Positions 41,772-51,481 of a DNA stretch of 64,000 nt are shown piece by piece (positions within the stretch are counted from its first letter, which is position 1; the number at the start of each line of letters is the position of its first letter). Location: positions 929 through 64,928 of the forward strand of contig DAITAT010000002.1 in the NCBI GenBank assembly GCA_036824145.1, given 5' to 3'. The stretch is from Candidatus Dormiibacterota bacterium (GTDB lineage: Bacteria > Chloroflexota > Dormibacteria > DASZGP01). The notes beneath the pieces were generated by a model that saw only the letters and a list, made by a program, of their open reading frames with translations, searched no databases and was not told where the DNA came from. Both the position numbers and the translations under genes were made by a program.

Positions 41772-42578
41772 CTAGACCAGCGGCTCCATCGGGGGCATGC
41801 GGTAGACCCTGGCGGTGTTCGCCGAGGTCGCCAGCGCCAGGTCTTCGAGGCTGACGTTCTTCAGCTCCGCGAGTTTGCTTGCCGTCTCCACCACCATCTC
41901 GGGGCGGCTTGGCTTGCCGCGCCACGGCTGCGGCGGCAGGAAGGGCGCGTCGGTTTCGACCAGCAGGCGATCCAGCGGCATCTGCATCAGGGCATCGCGA
42001 AGCTCGCCAGCGCTGGGGTAGGTCACCGGTCCGGCCACCGAGATCGTCACCCCCAGTTCGATGCAGTCCGCGGCGAAGGCGAGGTCGCCGCTGAAGGCGT
42101 GCATCACGACGGGCACGTCGGCAAATTCGCGTAGCACCGCCAGGGTGTCGGCGTGAGCCTCGCGGTTGTGAACCACGGCGGGCAGGCCAGTCTCGCGCGC
42201 CAGCAAGAGCATGCGGCGGAAGCTCTCCTGCATAACCTCCAACGGGACTTCGTGGTAGCCCGGACGCCAGTGGTAGTCGAGGCCGATCTCGCCCACCGCA
42301 CAGACTTTCTCGTCGCCAGCCAGGGCCACCATCGCCTCGAGCTCGACGTCGCTCGGCGGGCGGTCCTGGTGGGGATGCCAGCCGACCGTCGCGTAGACAT
42401 CCGGCAGCTGCCGGGCGCGCGCCAGGACCTGTCCATTGTCCGGCCCCAGGCCAATATTGATCACTCGCACCACCCCCGCCGCCGCCGCCGCCTCGACCGC
42501 CCGCTGCGCCTCCCCCTCCCCCGCCTCCTCGATCAGCTCCAGGTGGCAGTGGGTGTCGACCAGGGCCAACCCGCTCAC
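41772..42578 (-). CDS. tatD: TatD family metal-dependent hydrolase
   Basis: 268-aa ORF whose GTG overlaps the metG TGA (GTGA). It carries VDTHCHL, VGEIGLDY and ETDAPFL. Confidence 0.85.
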   Translation of the reverse strand: MSGLALVDTHCHLELIEEAGEGEAQRAVEAAAAAGVVRVINIGLGPDNGQVLARARQLPDVYATVGWHPHQDRPPSDVELEAMVALAGDEKVCAVGEIGLDYHWRPGYHEVPLEVMQESFRRMLLLARETGLPAVVHNREAHADTLAVLREFADVPVVMHAFSGDLAFAADCIELGVTISVAGPVTYPSAGELRDALMQMPLDRLLVETDAPFLPPQPWRGKPSRPEMVVETASKLAELKNVSLEDLALATSANTARVYRMPPMEPLV

Positions 42579-44176
42579 TCGCCCGCCACGACCGCGGCCT
42601 TGTCCAGTCGGGGGAAGAGGAGCTCGCCCAGCTGGGTGCCGTGACCTGCGGCAAACCCTCCCCAGGCGGCAGCCTCGGCCAGCGTACGCGCGCCAGGTCC
42701 AAGCTCCGCGGGCGACGGCACCCCGAGCTGCCGTGCCAGGCTCTCGCAGGCGTCGGGGATGAAGGGATAGGCGACATAAGCCAGCACGCGGAGGGCTTCG
42801 GCGAGGTTGTACAGCACGATCTCCAGCTCACCCCTGCGGGCCGTGTCCTTGTTCAGCTCCCAGGGCCGGGACTCCTCGACGTACTTGTTGGCGCGCCCTA
42901 CCAGCCGCCAGATGATCTCGAGGGCGCCGCTGAAGTCAAGGGCCTCAATGCGCGCATCGAGGTCGCCGAGCATGTTGGCGGTCAGGGCCGCAAGCTCGCC
43001 GTGGATGCCGCTCGCCTCCCCGGGCGCCGGCACCTTGCCGTCGTTGTACTGCCTGAGCATGTTGAGAGCGCGCGAGGCCAAGTTGCCGAAGTCGTTGGCG
43101 AGGTCGGCGTTGTAGCGGTCGACATAGACGCCGAGGTCGAAGTCGCCGTCGCGGTCGAACGGGACCTCGCGCATCAGGCAGTAGCGAACGCCGTCGCTGC
43201 CGGCCTGGTGCCGGGCGTTCTCGGTATGGGATTGGAGGCTGTCGACCAGCTTCAGGGGCTCCACGAAAATGCCGCGAGACTTGCTCATCTTCTCGCCCGC
43301 CACGTTGACGTACCCGTGGGCGAAGACGCGGCGCGGCAGCTCAACGCCGGCGGCCCAGAGCATCACCGGCCACATGATGGTGTGGAAGCGCGTGATGCCT
43401 TTGCCGATGATGTGCACGTCGCAGGGCCAGTAGCGGTTGAAGCGCTCCTTGTCGGTGCCGAAACCGGCGCCGGTCACGTAGGCGAGGAGGGCGTCGAACC
43501 ATACATAGATGACCTGGGTCCGGTCGAACGGCAGGGGGAAGCCCCAGGTGGTGAAGCCTCGCGAGATCGATACGTCCTGGAGGCCGTCGCGAATGACGTT
43601 AAGCATCTCGTTGCGCCGCGACGCCGGCTGCAGGAAATCCTCGCGCTGGTGCAGCTCGATCAGCTGGTCGGTGAAAGCGGACAGCTTGAGGAAGTAGTTG
43701 TCCTCTTCGACCCATTCGAGGGTGATGAGGTGCACCGGGCATTTGCCTTCAACCAGCTCGCGCTCCTGGTAGTACTGCTCGCAACTCGGGCAGAAGAAGC
43801 CCCCGAACTTGCCCTTGTAGATGTAGCCGTTGTCGTAGACGCGCTGCAGGAACTCCTCGGTGGTGGCGCGGTTGGCGTCGGACGAGGTGCGGACGAACTC
43901 CGAGTACCTGACCTGCAGTCGCTCGAACATCGCTTCGAAGCGCGGCACCATCGAGTCGCTGTACGCCTCCGGGGTCATGTCCTGGGCCGCCGCCTCCCGC
44001 TCCACGGACTGGGAGTGCTCGTCAGACCCGACCACCAACCAGGTGTCGTGCCCCGTCATCCGCTTGTAGCGGACCAGCACATCGGCGCCGATCTTCTCGA
44101 AGGCGTGGCCGAGGTGAGGCACGCCGTTGATGTAGTCGATGGCGGTGGTCACGTAGTACTTCGGCGGCAGGGTCAT
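42575..44176 (-). CDS. metG: Methionine--tRNA ligase
   Basis: 533-aa ORF with HIGH-type GVPHLGHAFE and KMSKS (EKMSKSRG). Its ATG overlaps the rsmI TGA (ATGA). Confidence 0.95.
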   Translation of the reverse strand: MTLPPKYYVTTAIDYINGVPHLGHAFEKIGADVLVRYKRMTGHDTWLVVGSDEHSQSVEREAAAQDMTPEAYSDSMVPRFEAMFERLQVRYSEFVRTSSDANRATTEEFLQRVYDNGYIYKGKFGGFFCPSCEQYYQERELVEGKCPVHLITLEWVEEDNYFLKLSAFTDQLIELHQREDFLQPASRRNEMLNVIRDGLQDVSISRGFTTWGFPLPFDRTQVIYVWFDALLAYVTGAGFGTDKERFNRYWPCDVHIIGKGITRFHTIMWPVMLWAAGVELPRRVFAHGYVNVAGEKMSKSRGIFVEPLKLVDSLQSHTENARHQAGSDGVRYCLMREVPFDRDGDFDLGVYVDRYNADLANDFGNLASRALNMLRQYNDGKVPAPGEASGIHGELAALTANMLGDLDARIEALDFSGALEIIWRLVGRANKYVEESRPWELNKDTARRGELEIVLYNLAEALRVLAYVAYPFIPDACESLARQLGVPSPAELGPGARTLAEAAAWGGFAAGHGTQLGELLFPRLDKAAVVAGE

Positions 44177-44871
44177 GGTCCGGCTCCCGGACCTTTTCTA
44201 CGCTTCGGCGCTCCCTCAACGAGCAGAGTGATCTCGCCTTTCACGGCCTTCTGCCGGTAATGCCCTGCTAACTCCGCGGCCAGCCCGACCCGAAGCTCCT
44301 CGTGAACCTTGGTCAGCTCGCGCGCCACCGCGCAGCGCCGGTCCGGCAGCGTTTCGGCAATGATGTCCAGCGCCTTCAGCAGCCGGTACGGCGACTCGAA
44401 GGCCACTGCGGTGCGCGTCTCCTCAGCCAGCGCCTCGACCGCGCGGGTCATCTCGCTCGCCTTGCGCGGCAGGAAGCCAAGAAAGACGAAGCGATCGGCG
44501 CTGAACCCGGAGAGGGCCAGCGCCGCGGTCACCGCCGACGGCCCTGGGATCACGGCGACGTCGTACCCGGCGTCGCGGGCGCGGTCGACCAGGTGCGCCC
44601 CGGGATCGGAGATCGACGGCATCCCCGCGTCAGTGCACAGCGCCACGTCACCATCGCGCAAGGCGTCGACGACCTGCGCCGCCCGGCCGCGCTCAGCGTC
44701 GGCATGGACCGAGAGCAGCGGTTTGCTGATGCCCAGGTGGGTCAGTAGCTGGCGAGTGCGCCGGGTGTCCTCGGCTGCCACCAGGGCGACCTCGCCCAGC
44801 ACCCGCGCCGCCCGCGGCGTCAGGTCTTCGAGGTTGCCAATCGGCGTGCCGACCACGTACAGCGTCCCCAT
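44173..44871 (-). CDS. rsmI: 16S rRNA (cytidine1402-2'-O)-methyltransferase
   Basis: Start at the internal ATG 44871 of track ORF 44173..45012. The product begins MGTLYVVGTPIGNLEDLTPRAARVLGEVALVAAEDTRRT. Confidence 0.9.
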   Translation of the reverse strand: MGTLYVVGTPIGNLEDLTPRAARVLGEVALVAAEDTRRTRQLLTHLGISKPLLSVHADAERGRAAQVVDALRDGDVALCTDAGMPSISDPGAHLVDRARDAGYDVAVIPGPSAVTAALALSGFSADRFVFLGFLPRKASEMTRAVEALAEETRTAVAFESPYRLLKALDIIAETLPDRRCAVARELTKVHEELRVGLAAELAGHYRQKAVKGEITLLVEGAPKRRKGPGAGP

Positions 44872-44887
44872 CAGCGCGCTCGAGGGA

Positions 44888-45757
44888 TCAAACGCCCCAG
44901 TCGCGGGGATAGCGGAACTCGCGGTCGATGGTGCGAGCGGAGAGCTTGGCGATGATCGGAGGCCGCCGCTTGTACTGGTTGATACGAACCCGTTTGATGA
45001 CGGCGTCGACAAAGTCGCGGTCGTGGCCCATCTCGACCAACTCCTCAGCGGTGACGCGCCGGTCGACCAGGTTGAAGAGCAACTGATCTACAACCGGGTA
45101 AGAGAAGCCCAACTCCTGTTCGTCCGACTGGCCCTCCCAGAGGTCGGCCGAGGGCGCCTTGCTGATAACCTGCTGCGGCACACCGACGTGCGCCGCCAGC
45201 TGCCAGACCTGCGACTTGTAGAGATCACCGAGCGGGTTGAGGGCCGAGGCCATGTCGCCAAATATGGTGCCGTAGCCGAGCAACAGCTCGGTCTTGTTGC
45301 TGGTGCCCACAACCAAGGCGTTCTCCGCCGACGATTGGTCGTACAGAACGCTCATCCGCTCCCGGGCCATCTTGTTACCACGTCGCGCGTCGCCTGCGTC
45401 GGGATGGCGCTCGAAGTAGGCGTCGACCTGGGGCGTGATCTCGACGACTCGGAGCTGGATCTCAAAGCGCTTAGCGACAACCTCGGCGTCGGCCTGGCTC
45501 TGTGGGTTGCTGAGACGGTAAGGCATCGCCACCCCGATGACGTTCTGATGCCCGAGAGCTTTCGCCGCCAGACCGGCGACCAGGCTGGAGTCCACGCCTC
45601 CTGACAGGCCCAGGACGACCTTATCGTAGCCGACGCGGCGTACCTCCTTACGCAGGAAGCCAACCAGGATCGACTCCGCCAGGGGCGCGTTGATCTCCAG
45701 CTGGTTGCCGCCTCGCGGCTCGGAGCCGCTCTCAGTAGGGACTGTCGGTGCGCTCAT
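44888..45757 (-). CDS. nadE: NAD+ synthetase (synthetase/PP-loop subunit only)
   Basis: PP-loop [10 protein letters not shown] is present, along with [12 protein letters not shown] and [12 protein letters not shown]. The start is ATG 45757, with an alternative ATG at 45802. It overlaps the 3' end of the upstream CN-hydrolase gene out of frame. Confidence 0.85.
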   Translation of the reverse strand: MSAPTVPTESGSEPRGGNQLEINAPLAESILVGFLRKEVRRVGYDKVVLGLSGGVDSSLVAGLAAKALGHQNVIGVAMPYRLSNPQSQADAEVVAKRFEIQLRVVEITPQVDAYFERHPDAGDARRGNKMARERMSVLYDQSSAENALVVGTSNKTELLLGYGTIFGDMASALNPLGDLYKSQVWQLAAHVGVPQQVISKAPSADLWEGQSDEQELGFSYPVVDQLLFNLVDRRVTAEELVEMGHDRDFVDAVIKRVRINQYKRRPPIIAKLSARTIDREFRYPRDWGV

Positions 45758-46622
45758 TCCAGATCCGCTCAAGTTCGCGGAGGGTGAATTCCGCCTTCTC
45801 ATCGCGCAGCAGCGGCGTGGCCAGACGCTGCCGCTCGACTTCGCGAACGTCGATGTCGGCGATCACCAAGCCGGCGTTTTCCCCGGCGTCGACGACCATC
45901 TGCCCGTCGGGGCCGAACACGCAAGAGCCGCCCCAGAAGTTGACGCCGTCCTCGTAGCCGAGGCGGTTGACATAGGCGACATAGCTGGTGGTGTACTCGG
46001 CGACGGTTTGCAGCAGGTCGTTCCAGGACCCGACCGATCCAGGCGCAACGTCGGCGTCGGCGTTGGCAAGGACGCCGCGACCGGGGCTCGAGGAGATGCA
46101 CAGCAGCAGGCTGACGCCCTGGACGAAGAGCAGGTAGGCGCTCGAGAGGTGCCACATGTCCTCACAGACCAGCATCCCGGCGCGGACCCCGGCGACGTCG
46201 AAGGCCCGAATGCGATCCCCGGGAGCGAAATAACGCTGCTCGTCGAACATCCCGTACGTCGGCAGGTAGACCTTTCGGTGGACGTGCTTGACCTCGCCAC
46301 CGCTCAGGTAGAGAGCGGCGTTGTAGTAGCGAAAGTCCTCGGACTTGAGCACCACGCCGGTGGCGATGTCGATCCTCTTGGAGAGCTCAAATAGGGGCGC
46401 CAGCCGGGCGTCGTCGAGCGTCATGGCCACCTCGGGGACCAGGTCCTTGAGGAAGTAGCCGGTGAGGCTCAACTCGGGGAAGACAACCATGTCGGCGCCT
46501 TCAGTGATCGCCTGCTGGGTCAGCTCGAGATGGAGGTCGAGGTTGTCTTTGAGGTCACCCAGCGCCGGGGCGCACTGAGCCAGGGCCAGCCGTCGGCGTG
46601 GTTTGGCGGGAGCTTGCTCCAT
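45732..46622 (-). CDS. Carbon-nitrogen hydrolase (nitrilase superfamily; likely glutaminase partner of NadE)
   Basis: 296-aa ORF with Glu-Lys-Cys triad contexts ([34 protein letters not shown]). It overlaps the dinG 3' end by 68 nt if the ATG at 46622 is used. Confidence 0.8.
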   Translation of the reverse strand: MEQAPAKPRRRLALAQCAPALGDLKDNLDLHLELTQQAITEGADMVVFPELSLTGYFLKDLVPEVAMTLDDARLAPLFELSKRIDIATGVVLKSEDFRYYNAALYLSGGEVKHVHRKVYLPTYGMFDEQRYFAPGDRIRAFDVAGVRAGMLVCEDMWHLSSAYLLFVQGVSLLLCISSSPGRGVLANADADVAPGSVGSWNDLLQTVAEYTTSYVAYVNRLGYEDGVNFWGGSCVFGPDGQMVVDAGENAGLVIADIDVREVERQRLATPLLRDEKAEFTLRELERIWNERTDSPY

Positions 46623-49380
46623 CTGAGAAGGATATATTCCGGTCTTCGACCCACTCCAAGATCGCCGCAGGCATCTCGGCGACCGGCCCCGTGAACGTGG
46701 AGCACTGCGGCAGCGACTCCAGGAAGTGGCTCCCGTAGGTTCGGGTCGAGACGCGTCGATCGAGGATCACGACCGCCCCCCGGTCGGTGGCGCGGCGAAT
46801 GAGTCGCCCGAACCCCTGCTTCAGCCGAAGCACGGCCTCCGGCAGGGCCAGTTCCAGGAAGGGATCGCGGAGGCGCTCGCTTCGCGCCCGGAAGACAGGG
46901 TCGCCCGGCGGCGCGAACGGCAGCTTGGCGATGAAGACACAGGCCAGCGCGTTCTCGGGCAGATCGAGGCCCTCCCAGAAGCTGTTGGTTCCGCACAGCA
47001 CGGCCTCGGGGAGACTGATGAAGCGCTCGACCAGGGCCCGCCGGCTGCCCGCGCCCCGGCCCTGAGCCAGGACCTCGATGCCGTCCCCGATCAGCTCCGT
47101 CTTCAGCTGCGCTGACGCCTGGCCCAGCTGCTCGGTGGATGTGAACAGAACCAGCGTCCGCCCCGACAGCCGGCGCGCCGTCTCCGCGACCGCCGAGACC
47201 AGCTGCTCGGTGAAGCCCTCCTCGGGCGGCGCCGGCAGGTTGTCGGGCAGGCACAGGAGCGCCTGCTGCAGGAAATCAAACGGGCTTGGCAGCACCAACT
47301 CGCTGAGACGCGAGGCGCTCAGCCCGATCCGCGACCGGAAGTAGTCGAAGGAACCGTTGAGGCTGAGGGTGGCGCTGGTGAGGATGACGCTCTCGCGGTC
47401 TTCAAAGATGGCATCCGCCAGGAGCGGCCCCACGTCGAGCGGCGCCCGCCTGATGGTGCTGCGACCGTCGCGACCAAAGCCGACCCAGGTCACCTGCCCC
47501 GAGTCCGGCCGCGAGGTCAGCTCGACCAGGCGCAAGATCCGCGCCTCGACAACGGCCGCCGCACTCACCGGCAGGCCGCGTAGCGCCGCCGAGACTCGCG
47601 AGACGGCGTTGAGAACCCCGGCCATCGCCGGGGCCTCGAAGCTGGCCTCATCCAGCCGAAGGTCGCGGCCGAGCTCGCTGCCGTAGATGTATCGACACGC
47701 CCCTCGCAGGGATTCGAACAGGTCCCTGACGGCGCCCTCGAGCTGGGCCACGCCGGCCGACACGCCACCGCCCGAGCCGGCGATTCCGACCTGCCCCAGG
47801 AGATCGTCTTCACGAATCTCTTCGGTGAGCCCCTTGGTCGCGGCTTCCTCGAGGTGGTGCGCCTCATCGAGGATCAGATGGCGGGCGCGCGACGCGCCTG
47901 GGCTTTCGTTGAAGGCATCTGCGAGCAGCAGCGCATGGTTGACAACCACCACGTCGGCTTCTGAGGCGCGCTGCCGAGAGCGATGGTAAAAGCAGGGCCG
48001 CGGCCCCACGAGGCATTCGGCCGACCGGCAGTCGCCCCACTCCGAAGCCACCGACCGCCAGATGCGCTCCTCCTGACCGAAAAGCCGGAGCTCATCGCGG
48101 TCGCCGGTGGTGGTCCACCCCATCCAGACCGCCAACTTGAGCTTGAAGGTGAGGAGCTCGGCAGGATCGATGCCCTCGATCCCGGTGTCGTCACCGCTCA
48201 GGTCCTGGGCGGCGGTGCCCAGGAGCAGCTGCTCCCAACGAAGGCGACTGAGGTAGTGGCCACGACCCTTAAGCAGCACCGCGTGCAGGGGCACGCCCAG
48301 GATCCGCGCCGCCAGGGGCAGGTCCTTGTGGAGGAGCTGCTCCTGCAAGTTAATGGTGTAGGTGGAGACGCAAACCTGGCCCCGACCCGCGGCTGCCCAG
48401 GCCAGCGCCGGCAACAGGTAGGCCAACGATTTGCCGGTCCCGGTGCCGGCCTCGGCGACCAGGTTGATCTTGCGGTCGAAGGCCTGGGCCACCGCCAGGC
48501 ACATCTCGTGCTGGCCCTCGCGGAGCTCCCAGCCGGGCTCCGACGCCAACGGGCCGCCCGGCCCCAGCATCGCCGCCAGCTGGTCGGGCGCCATCGGTGG
48601 AAGCAGCGGCGCCTGGGCGCGGGGGGCGGTGCCGTCGACCTCGGGGAGCACAGCCGGCGCCGGCGCCGTGGCCGCGGAGCTTGAAATCACCGCCTGCGGG
48701 ACGAGCTCTTGAAAGAAAGTTGCCAGGCTGTGGCGGCTGCCCTTGGTGATCTCGCGGAGCGTGTTCAGCGTGCTGGTGGGCAGCTCCGCCGCGTAGTGCA
48801 GCAGCGCGAGGAGCAGCCGGAAGGTGGCCTCGGCGTCCTCGAGCGCGCGGTGCGGCCGGGGATGCTTGAGGCCGACGAGATCGCAGAGGCTGCCCAGCGA
48901 ATAGGAGGGCGCGGCGGGAAAGACGACGCGCGCGATCTCGATGCTGTCGTACACGCGCCTATCCCCGATGCTGTTCCCCAGCGCCTCCTCGAGGAAGGCG
49001 ACGTCATATCCGGCACCGTGGGCCAGCAGGTCGGCGTCACCGATGAAGTCGCGCAGGGCGGGCAGGACGTGGCCCAAACCCGGAGCCCCCGAGAGCTCGT
49101 TGTCGGAGATACCAGTGAGGCGGCGGATCATCGGCGGCAGCCGCAGGCCGGGGTTTACCAGGGTGTGGTACCGGGCGATGACCTCGGCGCCGCGGAACTT
49201 GACCGCCCCGATCTCGATGACATGGTCGATCGCCGAGCTCAGCCCGGTCGCCTCGAGGTCGAGACAGACGATCACCGGGAACTCGCCGCGCAGCTCGCGG
49301 TCGTGCTCGACCCAGTGGGACTCGATCTTCCCCCGCGGTCGCCGGCCCGCTTCGGGCCGCGCCGGCCGGGGCGACGTCAC
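46555..49380 (-). CDS. dinG: DinG-family ATP-dependent helicase fused to an N-terminal DEDDh (DnaQ-like) 3'-5' exonuclease domain
   Basis: 941-aa ORF whose GTG overlaps the phoH2 TGA (GTGA). Exonuclease motifs are CLDLEATG, HGAGYDVAFL and HRALEDAEAT. Helicase motifs are AEAGTGTGKSLAYLLP (Walker A) and ILDEAHHLEE (DEAH). Confidence 0.85.
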   Translation of the reverse strand: MTSPRPARPEAGRRPRGKIESHWVEHDRELRGEFPVIVCLDLEATGLSSAIDHVIEIGAVKFRGAEVIARYHTLVNPGLRLPPMIRRLTGISDNELSGAPGLGHVLPALRDFIGDADLLAHGAGYDVAFLEEALGNSIGDRRVYDSIEIARVVFPAAPSYSLGSLCDLVGLKHPRPHRALEDAEATFRLLLALLHYAAELPTSTLNTLREITKGSRHSLATFFQELVPQAVISSSAATAPAPAVLPEVDGTAPRAQAPLLPPMAPDQLAAMLGPGGPLASEPGWELREGQHEMCLAVAQAFDRKINLVAEAGTGTGKSLAYLLPALAWAAAGRGQVCVSTYTINLQEQLLHKDLPLAARILGVPLHAVLLKGRGHYLSRLRWEQLLLGTAAQDLSGDDTGIEGIDPAELLTFKLKLAVWMGWTTTGDRDELRLFGQEERIWRSVASEWGDCRSAECLVGPRPCFYHRSRQRASEADVVVVNHALLLADAFNESPGASRARHLILDEAHHLEEAATKGLTEEIREDDLLGQVGIAGSGGGVSAGVAQLEGAVRDLFESLRGACRYIYGSELGRDLRLDEASFEAPAMAGVLNAVSRVSAALRGLPVSAAAVVEARILRLVELTSRPDSGQVTWVGFGRDGRSTIRRAPLDVGPLLADAIFEDRESVILTSATLSLNGSFDYFRSRIGLSASRLSELVLPSPFDFLQQALLCLPDNLPAPPEEGFTEQLVSAVAETARRLSGRTLVLFTSTEQLGQASAQLKTELIGDGIEVLAQGRGAGSRRALVERFISLPEAVLCGTNSFWEGLDLPENALACVFIAKLPFAPPGDPVFRARSERLRDPFLELALPEAVLRLKQGFGRLIRRATDRGAVVILDRRVSTRTYGSHFLESLPQCSTFTGPVAEMPAAILEWVEDRNISFSDGASSRQTTPTAGPGSVRPGAG

Positions 49381-50780
49381 AGCAGGACCGCCGCCAGCTC
49401 CGCCAGCTCGGAGCGCTGACCCTTGGTTAGGGTGACGTGGGCGGCCAGGGGGCTCTCCTTGAACTTCTCGACGGCGTAACAGAGCCCGTTGCTGCTGAAA
49501 TCGAGGTAGGGATGGTCGATCTGGTAGGGGTCGCCAGTAAGGACCAGCTTGGTCCCCTCCCCCGCGCGGCTGACGATGGTCTTGATCTCGTGCGGGGTCA
49601 GGTTCTGGGCCTCGTCGACGATGATCAGCTGTTGGGGGATGCTGCGGCCCCGGATGTAGGTCAGCGCCTCGACCTCGAACAGCCCCTTGTCCTGGAGCCG
49701 GGTGACCATGTCGGCCACCATCTGGTCCTTATACATCGTGCTCATCAGGAACTCGAGGTTGTCGTAGATCGGCTGCATCCAGGGACGCAACTTCTCGTCC
49801 TTGTCGCCGGGTAGGTAGCCGACATCCTTGCCCATCGGGATCACCGGTCGTGTGACCAGCAGGCGCCGGTAGGTGTGCTCGTCGAGGACGGCGTGGAGGC
49901 CGGCGGCCAGCGCCAGCAGGGTCTTGCCGGTGCCCGCCCGGCCGGTCAGGGTGACGAGGCTGATCTCCTCGTTAAGCAGCGCGTCAAGCGCGAAGCGCTG
50001 GCCCAGATTCTTGGCCTGGATCCCCCAGACATCCTTGCGCACCGGCGCCAGGGGCACGATCTCGCCGCGGGTCAGGTCGAAGCGGCCGATCGCCGAGAGG
50101 TTGTGGTGATCGGGCACCTGGAAGTGCACGAACTCGTTGGCGCGCAACCCCAGCTGGGTCGCTGCCAGGGTGCCTTCGCGGTTGAAGTGGTCCATGACAT
50201 CGGCCTCGACCTCGAGGACCCTCATGCCGGCGTAGAGCTCGTCGATGCCGCTGACCACCTTGTCGCGCTCGTAGTCCTCGGCCGAGAGGTTGAGGGCCTC
50301 GGCCTTGACGCGCACATTGATGTCCTTGCTGATCAGGACCACCCGGCGTTCTGGGCTGGCGGCCTTCACCTGCTGGGTCACCGCCAGCACCTGGTTGTCG
50401 GGCTTGTGGATGTCGAGCTCGCGTGGCAGGTCGCCGCCGATCTCCTGGATCTGCACCCGCAGCGAGCCGCCGCCGGGTGTTGGCACACCCTCGGACAGCT
50501 TGCCCAGCTGCCGCAGGTCGTCGAGGTGGTGTGCCACGCGGCGGGCGCTGCGGCCTACCTCATCCTGGCGCTTCTTCTGGGAGTCGATCTCCTCGATCAC
50601 GACCAGGGGAATGACGACGTCGTTCTCTTCGAAGGCGTTGAGCGCTTCAGGGTCGTGCAGGAGCACGTTGGTATCGAGCACGTAGGTCTTGGCGGCATCT
50701 CGGATCGGCTCAACCGTCATCCGCTCTTCGCTGCTGAGCTCTTCCGTTCTGGGGTCTTCCGCCCGGCGCTCTAACCTCAT
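49377..50780 (-). CDS. PIN-domain/PhoH-like ATPase fusion (PhoH2/YlaK-like)
   Basis: 467-aa ORF whose ATG overlaps the plsC TGA (ATGA). It has a PIN N-terminus (YVLDTNVLLHDPEAL...VIEEID) and a PhoH Walker A (LTGRAGTGKTLLALA). Confidence 0.85.
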   Translation of the reverse strand: MRLERRAEDPRTEELSSEERMTVEPIRDAAKTYVLDTNVLLHDPEALNAFEENDVVIPLVVIEEIDSQKKRQDEVGRSARRVAHHLDDLRQLGKLSEGVPTPGGGSLRVQIQEIGGDLPRELDIHKPDNQVLAVTQQVKAASPERRVVLISKDINVRVKAEALNLSAEDYERDKVVSGIDELYAGMRVLEVEADVMDHFNREGTLAATQLGLRANEFVHFQVPDHHNLSAIGRFDLTRGEIVPLAPVRKDVWGIQAKNLGQRFALDALLNEEISLVTLTGRAGTGKTLLALAAGLHAVLDEHTYRRLLVTRPVIPMGKDVGYLPGDKDEKLRPWMQPIYDNLEFLMSTMYKDQMVADMVTRLQDKGLFEVEALTYIRGRSIPQQLIIVDEAQNLTPHEIKTIVSRAGEGTKLVLTGDPYQIDHPYLDFSSNGLCYAVEKFKESPLAAHVTLTKGQRSELAELAAVLL

Positions 50781-51481
50781 GCGCTTTTGGCGCCCTCAAA
50801 CTCGAAGACGCCCCGGTACGCCGATGGCAGCAACTCCGCCACCTTGGACATCATGTAGGTGGCCGCCTCCTGGTTGTCCATGTCGGGGCGCGGTAGCTGG
50901 AACGGTTTGCCGTAGATCAGGTGGCAGTCAGCGGCCTTGGGCCAGTGGACGCCCTTAGCGGGGAGCACCTTCTCGGTGCCCCAGACCGCAACCGGGAGAA
51001 TGGGCACTGCAGAGCGGCGGGCGACAAAGCCAACCCCAGCCTCGACCTCGTGGATGCGAGCGTCCTCGGCGCGAGTGCCTTCGGGGTAGATGCACACCGC
51101 CGCGCCGCGCTCCAGCAGCGTCAGCGTGTGCCGCAGCGCGCCCCGGTCGGCGGTGTGTCGAACCACGGGGAAGCACTGGAAGTTCCGCGCGATGAAGCCG
51201 AGAACGGGGTTCTTGAACCATTCGATCTTGGCCATGAAATGCAGTGGCCGGGGGAACCTGGCGCCGAGCAGGGGCGGGTCCCCGCTGGCGATGTGGTTAC
51301 TGATCACCAGCAGGCCGCCTTTGCGGGGCACGTTCTCACGGCCTTCGATGTGGATGTGGTTGCGAACCAGGATCAGGATCAGGACGTTGAGGATCCAGCG
51401 GATCAGCCAGTAGATCGGCGTCGGCGTAACAGGCCTGCGATCCGTTGGGACCGGCGAGGCGACGGCGCTTGACTCGGTCAT
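50777..51481 (-). CDS. plsC: 1-acyl-sn-glycerol-3-phosphate acyltransferase
   Basis: 234-aa ORF with HX4D (SNHIASGD) and YPEGTR motifs. Its ATG overlaps the cmk TGA. Confidence 0.85.
   Translation of the reverse strand: MTESSAVASPVPTDRRPVTPTPIYWLIRWILNVLILILVRNHIHIEGRENVPRKGGLLVISNHIASGDPPLLGARFPRPLHFMAKIEWFKNPVLGFIARNFQCFPVVRHTADRGALRHTLTLLERGAAVCIYPEGTRAEDARIHEVEAGVGFVARRSAVPILPVAVWGTEKVLPAKGVHWPKAADCHLIYGKPFQLPRPDMDNQEAATYMMSKVAELLPSAYRGVFEFEGAKSA

Noticed and set aside
42641-44260. A 539-aa plus-strand ORF overlapping metG
   Set aside because: It is antisense to MetRS, which has HIGH and KMSKS motifs. It is a high-GC artefact.
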